A stretch of DNA of 64,000 nucleotides from an uncultured archaeon (GCA_964577555.1 CAZNZM010000006.1:4093-68092); one strand, 5' to 3'. Counted from the stretch's first letter, positions 1 to 10,517 are shown. The notes: a model not told the origin generated them from the sequence alone. Made by a program: numbers and translations.

Positions 1-125
1 ATTGTGAATTGGCGTTCCAAAGAAGGCATACTCCCTGGAAATTATATTCTTATGAGAGAATCATCTATTTTCCTTAAAAGCCCGGTTATTTGTGTTTATC
101 AACGCGACTACGGGACGGTGAACTA

Positions 126-791
126 ATGCTTGGTTTCATTCTCAGCAAACTTAATTTGTTGATTTTGGTTACTTCAATATTTGCCATAGTTTCATTTTTT
201 GCATTAGGCCTTGGCGATATTACAAAAGTCAAGGAAGCAGGAGAACTTGCCACGAAATCTGTCGAAAAAGCCGCATCCATTGCAAACAGCCCGGCTTCAT
301 GCGAAAGTTCTTATTTTCCTTTTCCTAGACAACTTAGGACTGCTGGAAGCAACTTCTATTATGTAGTAAAAATATCTAAGGGCGAAATACAACGTGAAGG
401 GAATAAAATTAATATTCTAATATTTGCAGTTTATCCGCGCGAAGAGGTCAAGAAAAAGTTTTTGTCATCATCTTATGTTCCAAAAGCAATTGCTGCTGAC
501 AGTTTCAGAACTAATTCAGATATATTTCTTTATGGGCTTGATTATCGCGGTTCTGGTTATATCGGGAATATAAGTGATGGTGTTTTATCACCTCCTAACG
601 AAATTTATATTGACCCACAAGCAGAGAACCCTATGAATGCACTGGTTTTGGTTAAAGAAGTTCAAGACGGCAAGAAAAAGTTTCATGTTATTGGCTGTGA
701 AGGAACAAGTTGTAACGCATACAAAACCCAAATAGGCAGTTTGGTTCATCCTGGAACTTCATTAAATCCTGAAGGTGGTTTTTTATGCTGA
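126..791 (+). CDS. hypothetical protein with N-terminal hydrophobic anchor/signal; possible minor pilin-like protein
   Basis: The ORF track (90..791) starts at TTG; the first ATG at 126 gives MLGFILSKLNLLILVTSIFAIVSFFALGLG, one N-terminal TM/signal segment, followed by a soluble domain. First of three overlapping + strand genes. Confidence 0.35.
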   Translation: MLGFILSKLNLLILVTSIFAIVSFFALGLGDITKVKEAGELATKSVEKAASIANSPASCESSYFPFPRQLRTAGSNFYYVVKISKGEIQREGNKINILIFAVYPREEVKKKFLSSSYVPKAIAADSFRTNSDIFLYGLDYRGSGYIGNISDGVLSPPNEIYIDPQAENPMNALVLVKEVQDGKKKFHVIGCEGTSCNAYKTQIGSLVHPGTSLNPEGGFLC

Positions 792-1291
792 ACAAAGGAT
801 TCATAGGCCCGGTTGGCGACGACATGCCTTCTCTTACGCCGTTGATTTTTGGCTTGCTCATGTTTTTTGGAGCCTTTACAACAGCTTTTACTTCGTTCAA
901 CCAAAGAAACTCGGATTTTTCTTCAGACATAGAAGTTCTGAAAATATCGAAACAATTGGAGTCAAATGGATATATTTACAGTTATGAAAACTTTCAGGAT
1001 TTATGCAATCAAATAAATTCAACTAATATAAAATTCATGGCCGCCATAACTTCAGAAGCATTTGAAAGATCGAACAAAAGTACTATTTTTGAAATAGTTT
1101 TTTATGGTACACCCAACAAATTCTATTGTACAAATTTTGAATCAGCAACACCAAATCCTGAACAATTCAAAGACATAATTGATATTCCAAATCTTTCTCA
1201 AAAAAAAGTGGTTTCAAGAGTAATTCCAATTGTTGTAGAGGATAACAAAATAGCTAAACCAATGCATTTGATGGTGATAGCGTGGAAATAA
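785..1291 (+). CDS. hypothetical protein with N-terminal hydrophobic segment; pilin-like candidate
   Basis: 168-aa ORF that overlaps the upstream gene by 7 nt and the downstream gene by 10 nt, which suggests an operon. N-terminus is KGFIGPVG...LIFGLLMFFGAFTTAF. No recognisable enzymatic motif. Confidence 0.35.
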   Translation: MLNKGFIGPVGDDMPSLTPLIFGLLMFFGAFTTAFTSFNQRNSDFSSDIEVLKISKQLESNGYIYSYENFQDLCNQINSTNIKFMAAITSEAFERSNKSTIFEIVFYGTPNKFYCTNFESATPNPEQFKDIIDIPNLSQKKVVSRVIPIVVEDNKIAKPMHLMVIAWK

Positions 1292-2106
1292 AAAAAACAA
1301 ACCAAAAAGGCCAAGCAGCGGTAACAGACGCTCTTTACTTTTTGATGATTGTTACTTTCCTTTCAATTTTTCTTTTCGGCTTCGGCAACACTTATGGAAA
1401 TTCTGTAAGGTCTGGAATATCTGATGAAGCTGACACTTCGTTTGTAACCAATGCACTAAAATCCATACTTTATAGTTCCACTCCTAGAGATACAAAACAA
1501 TCAATATCAGATCCAAACGTTGAAATAGATTCGTTGCTTGCATTAATAAAAGAGGATTATGCGGATGATGAAACCATAGGCTCGGAAGAGCGCGAAGTTT
1601 TCGCAAAAACAATTTCTTCAATAATGTCTCCAGTTCAAGATACAAAGGATTACATATTGACACTTTCAATACCTCCAGAATCGGGCAGAAGTTCAAAATA
1701 CATATTCGTTTTCATTCATACTACAAATTTTTTGCGTGAAAGAGCATTTGACAAATATGGAAAGCTTCTTCCAAAAAGTTTTGCATACTATAAGCCGGAT
1801 GAAGCCAAACCACACATTGATTATTTTTGCGGCTTGAATAATTCTGACTTTGCCCAAATCCATAATAACATAAAAAAATTGGTTGCTAATGTTGGACCTA
1901 CTTCTCAAGCATCAGCATCAATAAAAATGATAAAACACGCTACTTTTTTGGAAAAATACAACGCCCAAATAGACCTTATAGTGTGGGATGCAACATGGCT
2001 TGGAAAAACAGACGACGTGGCTGACGGAATTTTATACGATTCTGACCCAAAATCACCTTATGCTGATTGGGGTTGTTTAGAAGCAGGGACGACAAAACTT
2101 CCATGA
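1282..2106 (+). CDS. archaeal type IV pilin-like protein (class III signal peptide)
   Basis: N-terminus MEIKKTNQKGQAAVTDALYFLMIVTFLSIFLFGF matches the archaeal prepilin pattern: a basic stretch, then K-G / Q-A-A-x-(T/E)-x-L, then a hydrophobic helix. This resembles DUF361/EppA-type substrates. Confidence 0.5.
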   Translation: MEIKKTNQKGQAAVTDALYFLMIVTFLSIFLFGFGNTYGNSVRSGISDEADTSFVTNALKSILYSSTPRDTKQSISDPNVEIDSLLALIKEDYADDETIGSEEREVFAKTISSIMSPVQDTKDYILTLSIPPESGRSSKYIFVFIHTTNFLRERAFDKYGKLLPKSFAYYKPDEAKPHIDYFCGLNNSDFAQIHNNIKKLVANVGPTSQASASIKMIKHATFLEKYNAQIDLIVWDATWLGKTDDVADGILYDSDPKSPYADWGCLEAGTTKLP

Positions 2107-2520
2107 TGTTAAACCATTGATTTTGAAACAGTATTTTTTTTATAAGCTGTTTTTTGCGGCATTTTTTTAGACATTTTTTTTGTTTGTCTTTAGTTTTGTT
2201 TGGCTTTTTTGTTTTTTTGTTTGTTTTTTTTGAATTATTTTTTTGCTTGGTATTTTTTTGTTTGAAACTTTGTTTTTTTTGTGAGCCGTTTTTTTTATTA
2301 TTGTTTTTTTTGTGAGTTGATTTTTTTTATTTTTTTAATTTAACTTGTTTTTTTTGAGCAGTTTTTTTTAGTTTTGTTTTTTTGTTTTTATTTGTTTTTT
2401 TTGGCAAATCTGTTTTTTTTGCCACCTATTTTTTTTAATTGAAATTTGTTTTTTTTTGCGAAAAAATTTTTCGAATTGTGATTTTTGTTTATTTTGCAGT
2501 TTTTTTGTTTTTTACCTGTT
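2101..2520. repeat. T-tract-rich modular intergenic repeat region (copy 1)
   Basis: Runs of T7-9 separated by short GC-containing words (gtgagccg, gtgagttga, gagcag, ggcaaatc). Contains the module ttttttttgaattattttttt at ~2232 and gcggcatttttttagaca. Confidence 0.6.
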
Positions 2521-3252
2521 TTTCCTTTTTCTGAATTCTGCTCCGCATTTCGGGCAAGTGTATTTCAAAGATTCCGCTTGGACTTCAACAGATTTTGCGC
2601 AATGGTCGCAGAAAGCTTCCCCGCATTTAGGACAATAAATGAGTTCTTCTGACTTGTTTCCACATCTCGGGCAAACATTGAGGCCTGTTTCTATTTCCTT
2701 GTCAACCATGTCAAATTCATCTTCTGACAAATTGTCTTCAAGCGATGAAAGTTCGTCTATCTCTGCCAGTTTTTGTAAATTTTCATTGTCCGTATCAATA
2801 TGTTCTATTTCTTGTGATTGTTCAACTTCTAAATCATCTTCAAAATTATCTTCATTTTGAATGTTTTCAATTTTTTCTTCGTCTTCAGTTTGTTCCAAAA
2901 CTTTTTCTTTTTGTTTTTCTTGCCAATCCTTTTCATCTTTCTTTTTTTTTCTTTCTTCCTTTCTTTTTTCAAGCAAATTTTCTTTGGCTTCCGGCTTTTC
3001 AAACCCGCCTAAGTCTATATCATCTTCAAACTCGTTTTTTTCTTCTTTGTCGTTTTCGAATTCCTTTTTCAACAATTCATATACATTTTCAGCCATTTTG
3101 TTTATCTCATCTTTATTTGGATATCTGTTGTTTTGTTTTACGAATTCGTCAACTTTGTTTATTGCTATTTGTGTGCTTCGTTCTTTAATTTCAGTTTCGC
3201 TTGGTTTTTTTCTATAGAATCTTTGCAGTCTTCTAGGTATATCTTCCGTCAT
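2512..3252 (-). CDS. zinc-ribbon protein with acidic Glu/Asp-rich middle region
   Basis: The C-terminus carries two CxxC pairs (CPRCGNK...CPKCGEAFCDHC...CPKCGAEF). The central segment is highly acidic. Its start overlaps the upstream gene's stop by 4 nt. Confidence 0.5.
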   Translation of the reverse strand: MTEDIPRRLQRFYRKKPSETEIKERSTQIAINKVDEFVKQNNRYPNKDEINKMAENVYELLKKEFENDKEEKNEFEDDIDLGGFEKPEAKENLLEKRKEERKKKKDEKDWQEKQKEKVLEQTEDEEKIENIQNEDNFEDDLEVEQSQEIEHIDTDNENLQKLAEIDELSSLEDNLSEDEFDMVDKEIETGLNVCPRCGNKSEELIYCPKCGEAFCDHCAKSVEVQAESLKYTCPKCGAEFRKRKNR

Positions 3253-4970
3253 TTTGAAGTCACGCTCTCCTGAAGTATTTTTTTCAATAGCATTGCGGAT
3301 TTTGGCATTACTTTATAAGCTTCAATATTTTGCTTTTTCTGTTTTAGCTCTTTTGTTCCAAGTTTTTCCCTGAGGCTTTCAATGATAAATCTTTTTGAAT
3401 CGTTTATTTCTTCTTCTATTTTATCTTTTGTTTTGATTTGTTTTGATTCTTCAGCCTTCTTTTTTTCAATTTCTATCATTATTTTGTCAATTTGTTTAGT
3501 GTCTTTTTTCATGATTTCTGATGTTTCTATTTGTTTTCCAAGAGATTTCAACTGGTTTTCCTTCTCCTGAACTTGCTTTGTTTCTTCAACTTTTGAAGTA
3601 TTTTGAATAATTTTCTTGAGTTCCATTATTTTTCCCAATTTTTGCGGCTCTATTTCAATTTTGTCAATTCTGGTATTTTCTTTTTTTTGTTCTAATTTTG
3701 TTGTCTTTTTAACAGGTTGCTCTGTTTTACTGGCTTCGATTTTTAAGTTTTTGGCTGGCTCTTCGCTTTTTGTTGTTTTTGTTACTTCTTTGATTATGTT
3801 TTTTTCTGAATCTGGTTTTTCAGTGTTTTTTGCGGGTTCTTGTATTTTTGTTTTATCAATTGTTTCTTGTTGTATTGGTTTTTTTGAAATCATTTCGAAA
3901 AATTCTTTTAGAATTCCTTTGTTAGGCTTTTTTTCTTCTTTTGGTTTTGCAATTTCAGCTAATTTTTCGGTTTCTTTTTTTTGTTCTTGAATGTTTTGTG
4001 TTTTGGCAGTGGTTTGTAAAATAGCTTCTTTTGTTTCTTCAAGTTTTTTTGAAAACAAATTGGTTTCTTTGGTTGCTTCTTTAACTTTTATTATGTTTAA
4101 TTCCTTTTCTTTTTTTGTTTCTGGTTTCAAGATTTTTGGTTGATTAAGTTCAATTTTTTCGTTTTGTTTTGTTGCATTTTGGCTCGGTGTTTTTTGTGTT
4201 GTTTGTTTAATTTCGTTTTTTGTTTTTTCTTGGGTTTTTGTTGGTTGTATTTTAGGTTCTTCTTTTGGAGATTGTTTTTCTGTTGTTATTAATATTTGTT
4301 CTTGCTGATTTTTAGGTTTTTTTTCAATTTCTAGTATTGGTTTTTCCATGTTTTTTTGTGGTTTGTTTATTATTGGTTTTGTATTTTCTTTGATTTTTTT
4401 CTTGAGGCTTTCTGTAAGTTCTTCAGGCATTTCCGGTTTCGTTTCTGCAAGTGTTTCAAATGTTTCAACTTCTATTTGGTTTTCGGTTTGGTTTGACAGT
4501 TGCGCTGGGTTTACTGGTGTTTTTATGCCTTCAATCAATATGTCTTTTATGTAATCTTCTTCAGGTATTTTTTCCATTGCTTTTTTGACAATAAGGTTTG
4601 CGACTAATGCTCTTTTTGGCACTGAAACTATTACCTTGTTTTTTCCGAAGTATTTTCTTTTGATGGAAAAAATTATAGTGCCAGTGGCAATAGTGCATAT
4701 TGGCGCTATAAAAAGCATTTCCATGAAAGTTATGTTGTTTGGAAAAGTCAGTGTTACTGCTGTTGCTACGGCTATGGTGGAAATTGTGAATCCTGCTCCG
4801 CTTATTATTCCCCACCCTGTTTTAGTTTCTGTTTCCAATTTGCGTATTTTTGGCCAGCCGGAGCGCAAAAAAAGGTAGCCGACGCTTTGTCCTCCGATAA
4901 GGACATATGCTGCTAAACAAGTTTCAATAGCAGTTGTAACAGGTATTGGTATCATGCCTGCACTAAACAT
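3249..4970 (-). CDS. membrane protein with ~4 N-terminal TM helices and a long Lys/Glu-rich low-complexity coiled-coil tail
   Basis: 573-aa ORF. The N-terminal ~110 aa are hydrophobic (GIISGAGFTISTIAVATAVTL...). The rest is a K/E/T/Q-rich repetitive region. It is translationally coupled to the Zn-ribbon gene. Confidence 0.5.
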   Translation of the reverse strand: MFSAGMIPIPVTTAIETCLAAYVLIGGQSVGYLFLRSGWPKIRKLETETKTGWGIISGAGFTISTIAVATAVTLTFPNNITFMEMLFIAPICTIATGTIIFSIKRKYFGKNKVIVSVPKRALVANLIVKKAMEKIPEEDYIKDILIEGIKTPVNPAQLSNQTENQIEVETFETLAETKPEMPEELTESLKKKIKENTKPIINKPQKNMEKPILEIEKKPKNQQEQILITTEKQSPKEEPKIQPTKTQEKTKNEIKQTTQKTPSQNATKQNEKIELNQPKILKPETKKEKELNIIKVKEATKETNLFSKKLEETKEAILQTTAKTQNIQEQKKETEKLAEIAKPKEEKKPNKGILKEFFEMISKKPIQQETIDKTKIQEPAKNTEKPDSEKNIIKEVTKTTKSEEPAKNLKIEASKTEQPVKKTTKLEQKKENTRIDKIEIEPQKLGKIMELKKIIQNTSKVEETKQVQEKENQLKSLGKQIETSEIMKKDTKQIDKIMIEIEKKKAEESKQIKTKDKIEEEINDSKRFIIESLREKLGTKELKQKKQNIEAYKVMPKSAMLLKKILQESVTSK

Positions 4971-4999
4971 ATTTAAAGAACTTAATAAATTATTGTCTT

Positions 5000-5539
5000 A
5001 TGCCTGTTTCAGTGTTTGAAGTAATATTTGGTTCTATTGTGTCCTTGCTAAAGGGAAGTTTTTTTGTTGCAATTCCTCTTTTTTTCTTGATTTTGCTTGG
5101 TTCGATCATAAGAAAAAAAATTGAGAAAGAACTCAAATGGAATTGGATTTTTAGCGCTTTTTTTACCACTTATTTTATATGTTCAATAGGACTTATTTTT
5201 GTTTATTTTGTCCCGGTTATAGAATCGCTTCGCGAACAATCGCTTGGCGAAATACCTTCTACTGTTGCCATTTCCTTTGGCACGATTGTTTTGGCATTTC
5301 TTTATAATGCGTTCAAAGTGTTTTTTTCAGCACTTGTTCTTTCTTTGCTTTTAATGCCGTTGGAACTTGTTGGTCTTTACATGCATTCTTTCTTTTTGCA
5401 AAAAATGAAAAAAGCTCCGAGAATTTTAGTGTTGGCTCTTACTGTTTATGCAATTTCTATTTTTTCCTCTTTTGTAATTCTTTTTATAATCCCTGAATCA
5501 GTAGTCGGTTTTATTTACTTGCTTTTTTTCGGTTTTTAG
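5000..5539 (+). CDS. small polytopic membrane protein, function unknown
   Basis: 179 aa with 4-5 predicted TM helices and no conserved catalytic motif recognised. Confidence 0.45.
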   Translation: MPVSVFEVIFGSIVSLLKGSFFVAIPLFFLILLGSIIRKKIEKELKWNWIFSAFFTTYFICSIGLIFVYFVPVIESLREQSLGEIPSTVAISFGTIVLAFLYNAFKVFFSALVLSLLLMPLELVGLYMHSFFLQKMKKAPRILVLALTVYAISIFSSFVILFIIPESVVGFIYLLFFGF

Positions 5540-5540
5540 A

Positions 5541-5990
5541 ATTTATTTTTTGCGTTGCTTTTTTTTTAGTTTAAAATAAATACAAATTATTTTTTTGTCT
5601 TTGGCTTACTTTTTTTTGCGAAAGATTTTTTTTGTTGCTTCTTTTTTTTAGTCGGATTTTGTTTTTTTTGGTGAGCCATTTTTTTAGACAATTTTTGTTT
5701 TTTTTTGTTTGAAGTTTTGTTTTTTTTTCATTTTTTTGTGAGCAGTTTTTTGATGTTTTTTTGTCAGATTTTTTCTTTTTTTTGTTTTTTTGATTCAGAA
5801 TTAACTATTTTTTGCGATACGATTATTTTTTTTGTATTTTTTGTCAAAAACTTTTTTGTTGTTTTTTGGTCAATGCAAGAAATGCCAATAAATTTCCATG
5901 CAAACAAATAAATAGCCTGTAAACCAACTATTATTTGTTAAATAATTTTGATTAATTAATGGATTAATTAAATGTTTTTTTTGTCGTGGT
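5541..5990. repeat. T-tract-rich modular intergenic repeat region (copy 2)
   Basis: Same architecture as copy 1. Contains ggtgagccatttttttagacaatttttgttt (5670-5700), almost identical to 21621-21650, and gtgagcagttttttg. Confidence 0.6.
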
Positions 5991-5993
5991 TGC

Positions 5994-8900
5994 ATGAATA
6001 GAAAAACTGCATTTTCAATTTTATTCGTTTATTTATTTGTTTTTCCATTAATTGGAGAGCCGGTAATTGCAAATTCTTATAATATGCCTGGAAAGAATGG
6101 CTTTGTTGCACAATTTGCTGAGCCTTCAGAAGTCCCTATTGGCCCTGCTTGTTTTTCAAAGGTTCTTTCACCGCAAGAAGCCCAAAATGTTATTGATTTG
6201 TTGAAATCAGGTTATACTGGAAAGGAAATCAAAGGCAATACTCTTCCAGATGATGACAGGAAGTCTCTTGATAAAGACAAAATTGTCGTGCAGGATCCTA
6301 ATAATGAAGAAAAAGCTGTCAAGGTAAGCGTTCCAAATAAAAAATTCAAGCCGGAAGAAGCCTCGCCTTTTTTGAATAATATTCTAAAAGGCCCTTTCGC
6401 GTTAGGTGTTGTTCTTGAAGATTCTTTGAGAGCAGGAGTGTGCAAAGACCCAGATTTGCCTGCTTGTTCTTTAACCAATAAAAATCTGAAATACAGGAAT
6501 TCTGGATCAGGAATTATTGCCGATTTAAAACCCATGAAAGAAGCAATAGGCGAAATATATTCAAAATGGTTCAGCGGCGAAAAAGACATAAACGGATTAA
6601 CCAAAGTTGAAAACGAAGCAATTAGGGAAGCCATGAGGGAAGCCACTGATGAAACCCAAGTAAAAAGCGCGAAAAGGCTTGAAACAATATTAATACCAAA
6701 TTCAATACTTTCCGATTGGTTTGAAGCCAAAATGCAAAAAAATTGCATGAATGATGCTTGTGTTATAAGCACTTATTCATTGTTTGACAAATATTTCAAT
6801 TCATGGATGTCAAGCGAAATGGTAGTATCTACTTTTGGGCCTTCTTTGCTATACCAAACAAGGAAACTTTTTAATTGGACAGGAGCAAGAGGCTACTTTT
6901 CAGGAGTAAGGGAAAAATATCAAGAACTACTTGACCAAATAAGAGTGAAACTTATTCAACCAGAACAGCATCTTTATAAGTCACTTGTAAAAAAAATAAA
7001 TACAAAACTTGACAAGTATCCAGGTTGGAGAGACTGGTGGTTAAAAACTATTGGCGGTAATCCTGATGGTACTGGGTATTATATTTTCAAAACTGAAGCA
7101 TTTCAACATTGGTGGGGGGAAGTATCAAAATCAGGAGGTTTTTTGTCTCACATTAAGACTTTGGAGCAAAAAGCCGAATTTGTAAGAATGCTCAAAGACA
7201 TGCGTGCATTAATGAGGGCTGGTTTGGCTGATGTTAAAGCCGCCAGACAAGAATATGCTAAAGCATATGATGCTGCAAGAAAATCAGGAATCGAGTATCC
7301 ATTGCAAGATCCTTTTGTAAGAGAGAAATATTTGAATTATGGGCGTAAGATGATAACTTATATGAATGATTATTATGATGAAGGTTTGGGTGCTGATTAT
7401 ATAGAATGGATTGCAAGGTATAATTACGTTGCTTTATTTGATAAAGGAGTAAGATTTTATGCTCCTGACGGAAGCAGTGAAATAATTGATTTGTTCAGAG
7501 ACCACAGAAACTTAAGACAAATATTGTTGAAACTAAGAAATGATGGTACTTTCAAAGATTTTGAAAAGTATATTGATAAATATTCAAGTATTTTTGAAAC
7601 AAGAGGCGATAACCTTGTGCTTTATACTTTTGACCCTAATCAAATCTCCAGTTCTCAAGGTTTGTCTTGGAGCAATATAAAAGCCGCGGCTCCTTCAGGG
7701 ACAAGAAAAAGGGTTTTTATACGTGATGATACTGGAAGGGCTATCCCATATAATTCATCTTCTGCAACTTTCATACAAAACAGGCTTTCAACCAACGCTC
7801 AAGTTCTTGAAGGCAATTGGAAAGAGTATGGTGAATTAAGTCCAATTGACATGATTTCAAGGATTGACAACGCGAGAACAGGCACAAATGCAAATCTTGC
7901 ATTTGGAGTTTATAACATAGAACAAATGCTCACCTCATTGAAATCCAGAAATTGGGTTTCAAGAAGATATTGGAATGCATTGGATAAATTGTTTGCCCAG
8001 GAAGAAGAGCTTGTAAGAAGCTATTTTACTTTTAAGGGAGGAGCAAGGCTCACGGCATTGCCATTTGCTTATTGGTGGGCAAAAAAAGGTTTTGGCGAAG
8101 AAGGATTAAGCATGTATATGCTGCCTGATACTTGGCACGATTTGAAGTTTTCAATTGGAGAACATCCAATTTATCACTACGCATATATAGACTTTTTTGC
8201 AAACGAAGGTTCTGACCAAGGAGACTTGTTTATTCAGGTTTTGAACAAGCTACCTTGGAAACTTGTGCTTGATGAATTATCAGAAAAATACAATCCTATA
8301 AAAAACCTTTATGATGCTTTGACAAAAAACGAGCTTAGAAGCGAAACCGAAAATTTGGCGTTTTATCTGACAGGCGACGATGAATGCGTTGATTGTACAA
8401 TGGTTGTGAAAAGCCAAAACATGAATGATTTTAGGCCATTCTTTTTTGCAGGCAACAGAAAAATAGATTCTTACATAATTGAAGACACTGTTACTGAAAA
8501 AGCAAGGAACAAAGGGCAAACATTAATAGCTTTTGCAAGCCACACCAATCTTATAGGAAAAAGCGGCGGCAAAGAAGGCGAACCCATAGACCTGGTCAAA
8601 ACCATTGAAGGAAAAACAAAAGAAAAAACCTGCAAAGAAGCTGTTGAAAACCTTGAATTTGCTGGAGTGAAGTTTGGCAGAATATACAATGCAATAACCC
8701 CTGATTTCAAAAATAAAAGTTCAGGAATAGGATTTATGTTGGGAGGCTTGGAAAGCATAACTTATGGCGCATTTTTTTGGGCAGGAATTTTCAGCACTAT
8801 TGCAATACAAGTTGCCGTGGCACCACAATTAAGCGGTTGTGTAGATGCTGAACAGGGTTATTACGCGCATTACTTTGCTCCTGTTAAAGAAACCAAAAAC

Positions 8901-10517
8901 AAACAATCCAATTCGGTTGAAAAGTCAACTGAAAAAGTTTCAAAATTAGTAAAAGACTTCAAAGAAAAATTTGTAGACAGTTTCAAGAGCGATTCTTCAA
9001 ACCCTGTTACAGAAGTCGCAGAAAACCTTGGAAATGAACTTGACAATTTAGTAGGCAATGCAAAGGACAATGATTTAGTTCAAGCAAACCTGAAATTGCA
9101 GGGTATGAGTTCAGGTCAATTATTTTCTAGGGAACTTTTTTATGTTTGGTGTGGCGAAGGATGTGAAATAGGAGCCGCAACTTATAAACAACAAGGCTCT
9201 GAAAAAGTTGCAGGAGTTAATGGAAGCGAAGTAGGAATAGACTTTGCAAAAGGCGAAATAAATGAAAACGGAAATAAACCCATAGTTTCAAGCCCTGACA
9301 ATGTAAGACTAATCAATACCAACCTCAACATACCTGCAATTGAAATACCTTACACAGTAACTGAGGCTTGCCTCAAAAATACAAACAACATAGTTTTTGA
9401 AATTAGTGCACAAGGCAATGTAAAGGTGCTTGACAAGGAATTATTGGATTGCCTGCAAAAAGGAGTGCTTGATCAAACAGGATTAAATTTTACTTCAGAC
9501 ATTCTTAATGATGTTTTCGGCAACCTTGATGTGATTGTTACTGACACTTATCCAAACATCAAACCTTTTGACGATAGAATAATAGCAGAAGGAGTGCCAA
9601 GAAAAGTTGTTGAAGGAAAAAACACAAAAATTACGATATCTGCTAATAAAGATGTTAATCTGAATACTATTTCTGGAAGCCCCATTTTTGTAGGAAAACT
9701 CCAAAGTTTGCATTTTGCCAACGGTTCAATTGTTGTAAAACCCAATGGATGTTTCCTTACATGGTTAAAGCACCATGAAAATGCAATACTTAACAAGGAT
9801 GATGTTACAGGGCTTTCCACAAAACTTAAAAGGGAAATGAACGAAGAAACAGGCTGTGAAGATCCAGTAATAGATTTCAAAGTTCTTGCAGACCCAAATT
9901 CAGATTTAAAAATTGCAAAAGTTGACAGCTTTAATAAAGCCTTGGAAAAAGTCGGACCTTTCACTGTTTTTGAAACGCCAACAAAGAGATACATTATTTC
10001 CGCAGAAAAAGGACCTGATGGAAAATGCAGAGATCATTTGCGCGTTATAGATAAAGAAACAGGAAAAGTAACAGATTATGTAGGCGAAATAGCACAAACA
10101 CCAAACGGGCTCACCATAAAAACCGATGACGGCCAAACCCACACAATAGAATTCGGAGAAAAAGACGGAGCCCCGACAATTTCGTTTGATAAAGGAAAAC
10201 CAGAAAATCTTATTTCCGCACAAGGAAAAAACGGCTCTTTCTATTACGACCCAGAAAAAGGATTATGGTTCGCCGAAAACGCCCAATTATTGCCTTTGAT
10301 TGAAGCATTCCGCGAAGGAATAGCAGCCAAAGTAGCGCCAAACGGCGAAGTCACGGCTACTGCACAAGGCAACGTGCTAAACGTTGATTTAGGCAAAAAA
10401 GACCAACAACTTTTGGATTTGCCATCGCTTCCAGAAGCAAAATACTTGATACTAATAATATTCTTGGCTCTAATCGCAACATTTTATGTTTCTTCCACAA
10501 AAAACAAAAAACCCTGA
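5994..10517 (+). CDS. giant (1507 aa) secreted / cell-surface protein with N-terminal signal peptide and C-terminal TM anchor
   Basis: N-terminus MNRKTAFSILFVYLFVFPLIGEPVIANS looks like a signal peptide. The C-terminus ...LPEAKYLILIIFLALIATFYVSSTKNKKP is a TM helix plus basic tail, which resembles a sorting signal. Codon usage is uniform over 4.5 kb. No known catalytic motif recognised. Confidence 0.7.
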   Translation: MNRKTAFSILFVYLFVFPLIGEPVIANSYNMPGKNGFVAQFAEPSEVPIGPACFSKVLSPQEAQNVIDLLKSGYTGKEIKGNTLPDDDRKSLDKDKIVVQDPNNEEKAVKVSVPNKKFKPEEASPFLNNILKGPFALGVVLEDSLRAGVCKDPDLPACSLTNKNLKYRNSGSGIIADLKPMKEAIGEIYSKWFSGEKDINGLTKVENEAIREAMREATDETQVKSAKRLETILIPNSILSDWFEAKMQKNCMNDACVISTYSLFDKYFNSWMSSEMVVSTFGPSLLYQTRKLFNWTGARGYFSGVREKYQELLDQIRVKLIQPEQHLYKSLVKKINTKLDKYPGWRDWWLKTIGGNPDGTGYYIFKTEAFQHWWGEVSKSGGFLSHIKTLEQKAEFVRMLKDMRALMRAGLADVKAARQEYAKAYDAARKSGIEYPLQDPFVREKYLNYGRKMITYMNDYYDEGLGADYIEWIARYNYVALFDKGVRFYAPDGSSEIIDLFRDHRNLRQILLKLRNDGTFKDFEKYIDKYSSIFETRGDNLVLYTFDPNQISSSQGLSWSNIKAAAPSGTRKRVFIRDDTGRAIPYNSSSATFIQNRLSTNAQVLEGNWKEYGELSPIDMISRIDNARTGTNANLAFGVYNIEQMLTSLKSRNWVSRRYWNALDKLFAQEEELVRSYFTFKGGARLTALPFAYWWAKKGFGEEGLSMYMLPDTWHDLKFSIGEHPIYHYAYIDFFANEGSDQGDLFIQVLNKLPWKLVLDELSEKYNPIKNLYDALTKNELRSETENLAFYLTGDDECVDCTMVVKSQNMNDFRPFFFAGNRKIDSYIIEDTVTEKARNKGQTLIAFASHTNLIGKSGGKEGEPIDLVKTIEGKTKEKTCKEAVENLEFAGVKFGRIYNAITPDFKNKSSGIGFMLGGLESITYGAFFWAGIFSTIAIQVAVAPQLSGCVDAEQGYYAHYFAPVKETKNKQSNSVEKSTEKVSKLVKDFKEKFVDSFKSDSSNPVTEVAENLGNELDNLVGNAKDNDLVQANLKLQGMSSGQLFSRELFYVWCGEGCEIGAATYKQQGSEKVAGVNGSEVGIDFAKGEINENGNKPIVSSPDNVRLINTNLNIPAIEIPYTVTEACLKNTNNIVFEISAQGNVKVLDKELLDCLQKGVLDQTGLNFTSDILNDVFGNLDVIVTDTYPNIKPFDDRIIAEGVPRKVVEGKNTKITISANKDVNLNTISGSPIFVGKLQSLHFANGSIVVKPNGCFLTWLKHHENAILNKDDVTGLSTKLKREMNEETGCEDPVIDFKVLADPNSDLKIAKVDSFNKALEKVGPFTVFETPTKRYIISAEKGPDGKCRDHLRVIDKETGKVTDYVGEIAQTPNGLTIKTDDGQTHTIEFGEKDGAPTISFDKGKPENLISAQGKNGSFYYDPEKGLWFAENAQLLPLIEAFREGIAAKVAPNGEVTATAQGNVLNVDLGKKDQQLLDLPSLPEAKYLILIIFLALIATFYVSSTKNKKP

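Noticed and set aside
90-125. TTG-initiated N-terminal extension of the first ORF
   Set aside because: The first codon is TTG, and the hydrophobic N-terminus begins cleanly at ATG 126.
2101-2520. Possible CRISPR array, given the regularly alternating short repeats and variable spacers
   Set aside because: The repeat units are T-homopolymers of variable length with spacers of 4-10 nt. There is no constant-length direct repeat of 24-40 nt and no constant-length spacers. No cas genes are present in the window.
2456-2638. Phe/Leu-rich small ORFs inside the T-tract repeat regions (also 5705-5911, 18053-18274 and the first 77 codons of the 36012 ORF)
   Set aside because: Their composition (FFFLF…) comes directly from translating T-tract DNA. 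There is no start context or conservation, and they lie in repeats shared between loci.
6212-6772. Antisense ORFs inside long genes (e.g. 6212-6772, 8280-8758, 9495-10223, 2639-3217, 3382-3990, 55617-56769, 57850-58680)
   Set aside because: These are shadow ORFs on the opposite strand of well-supported genes. They are low-complexity or have no recognisable motifs.
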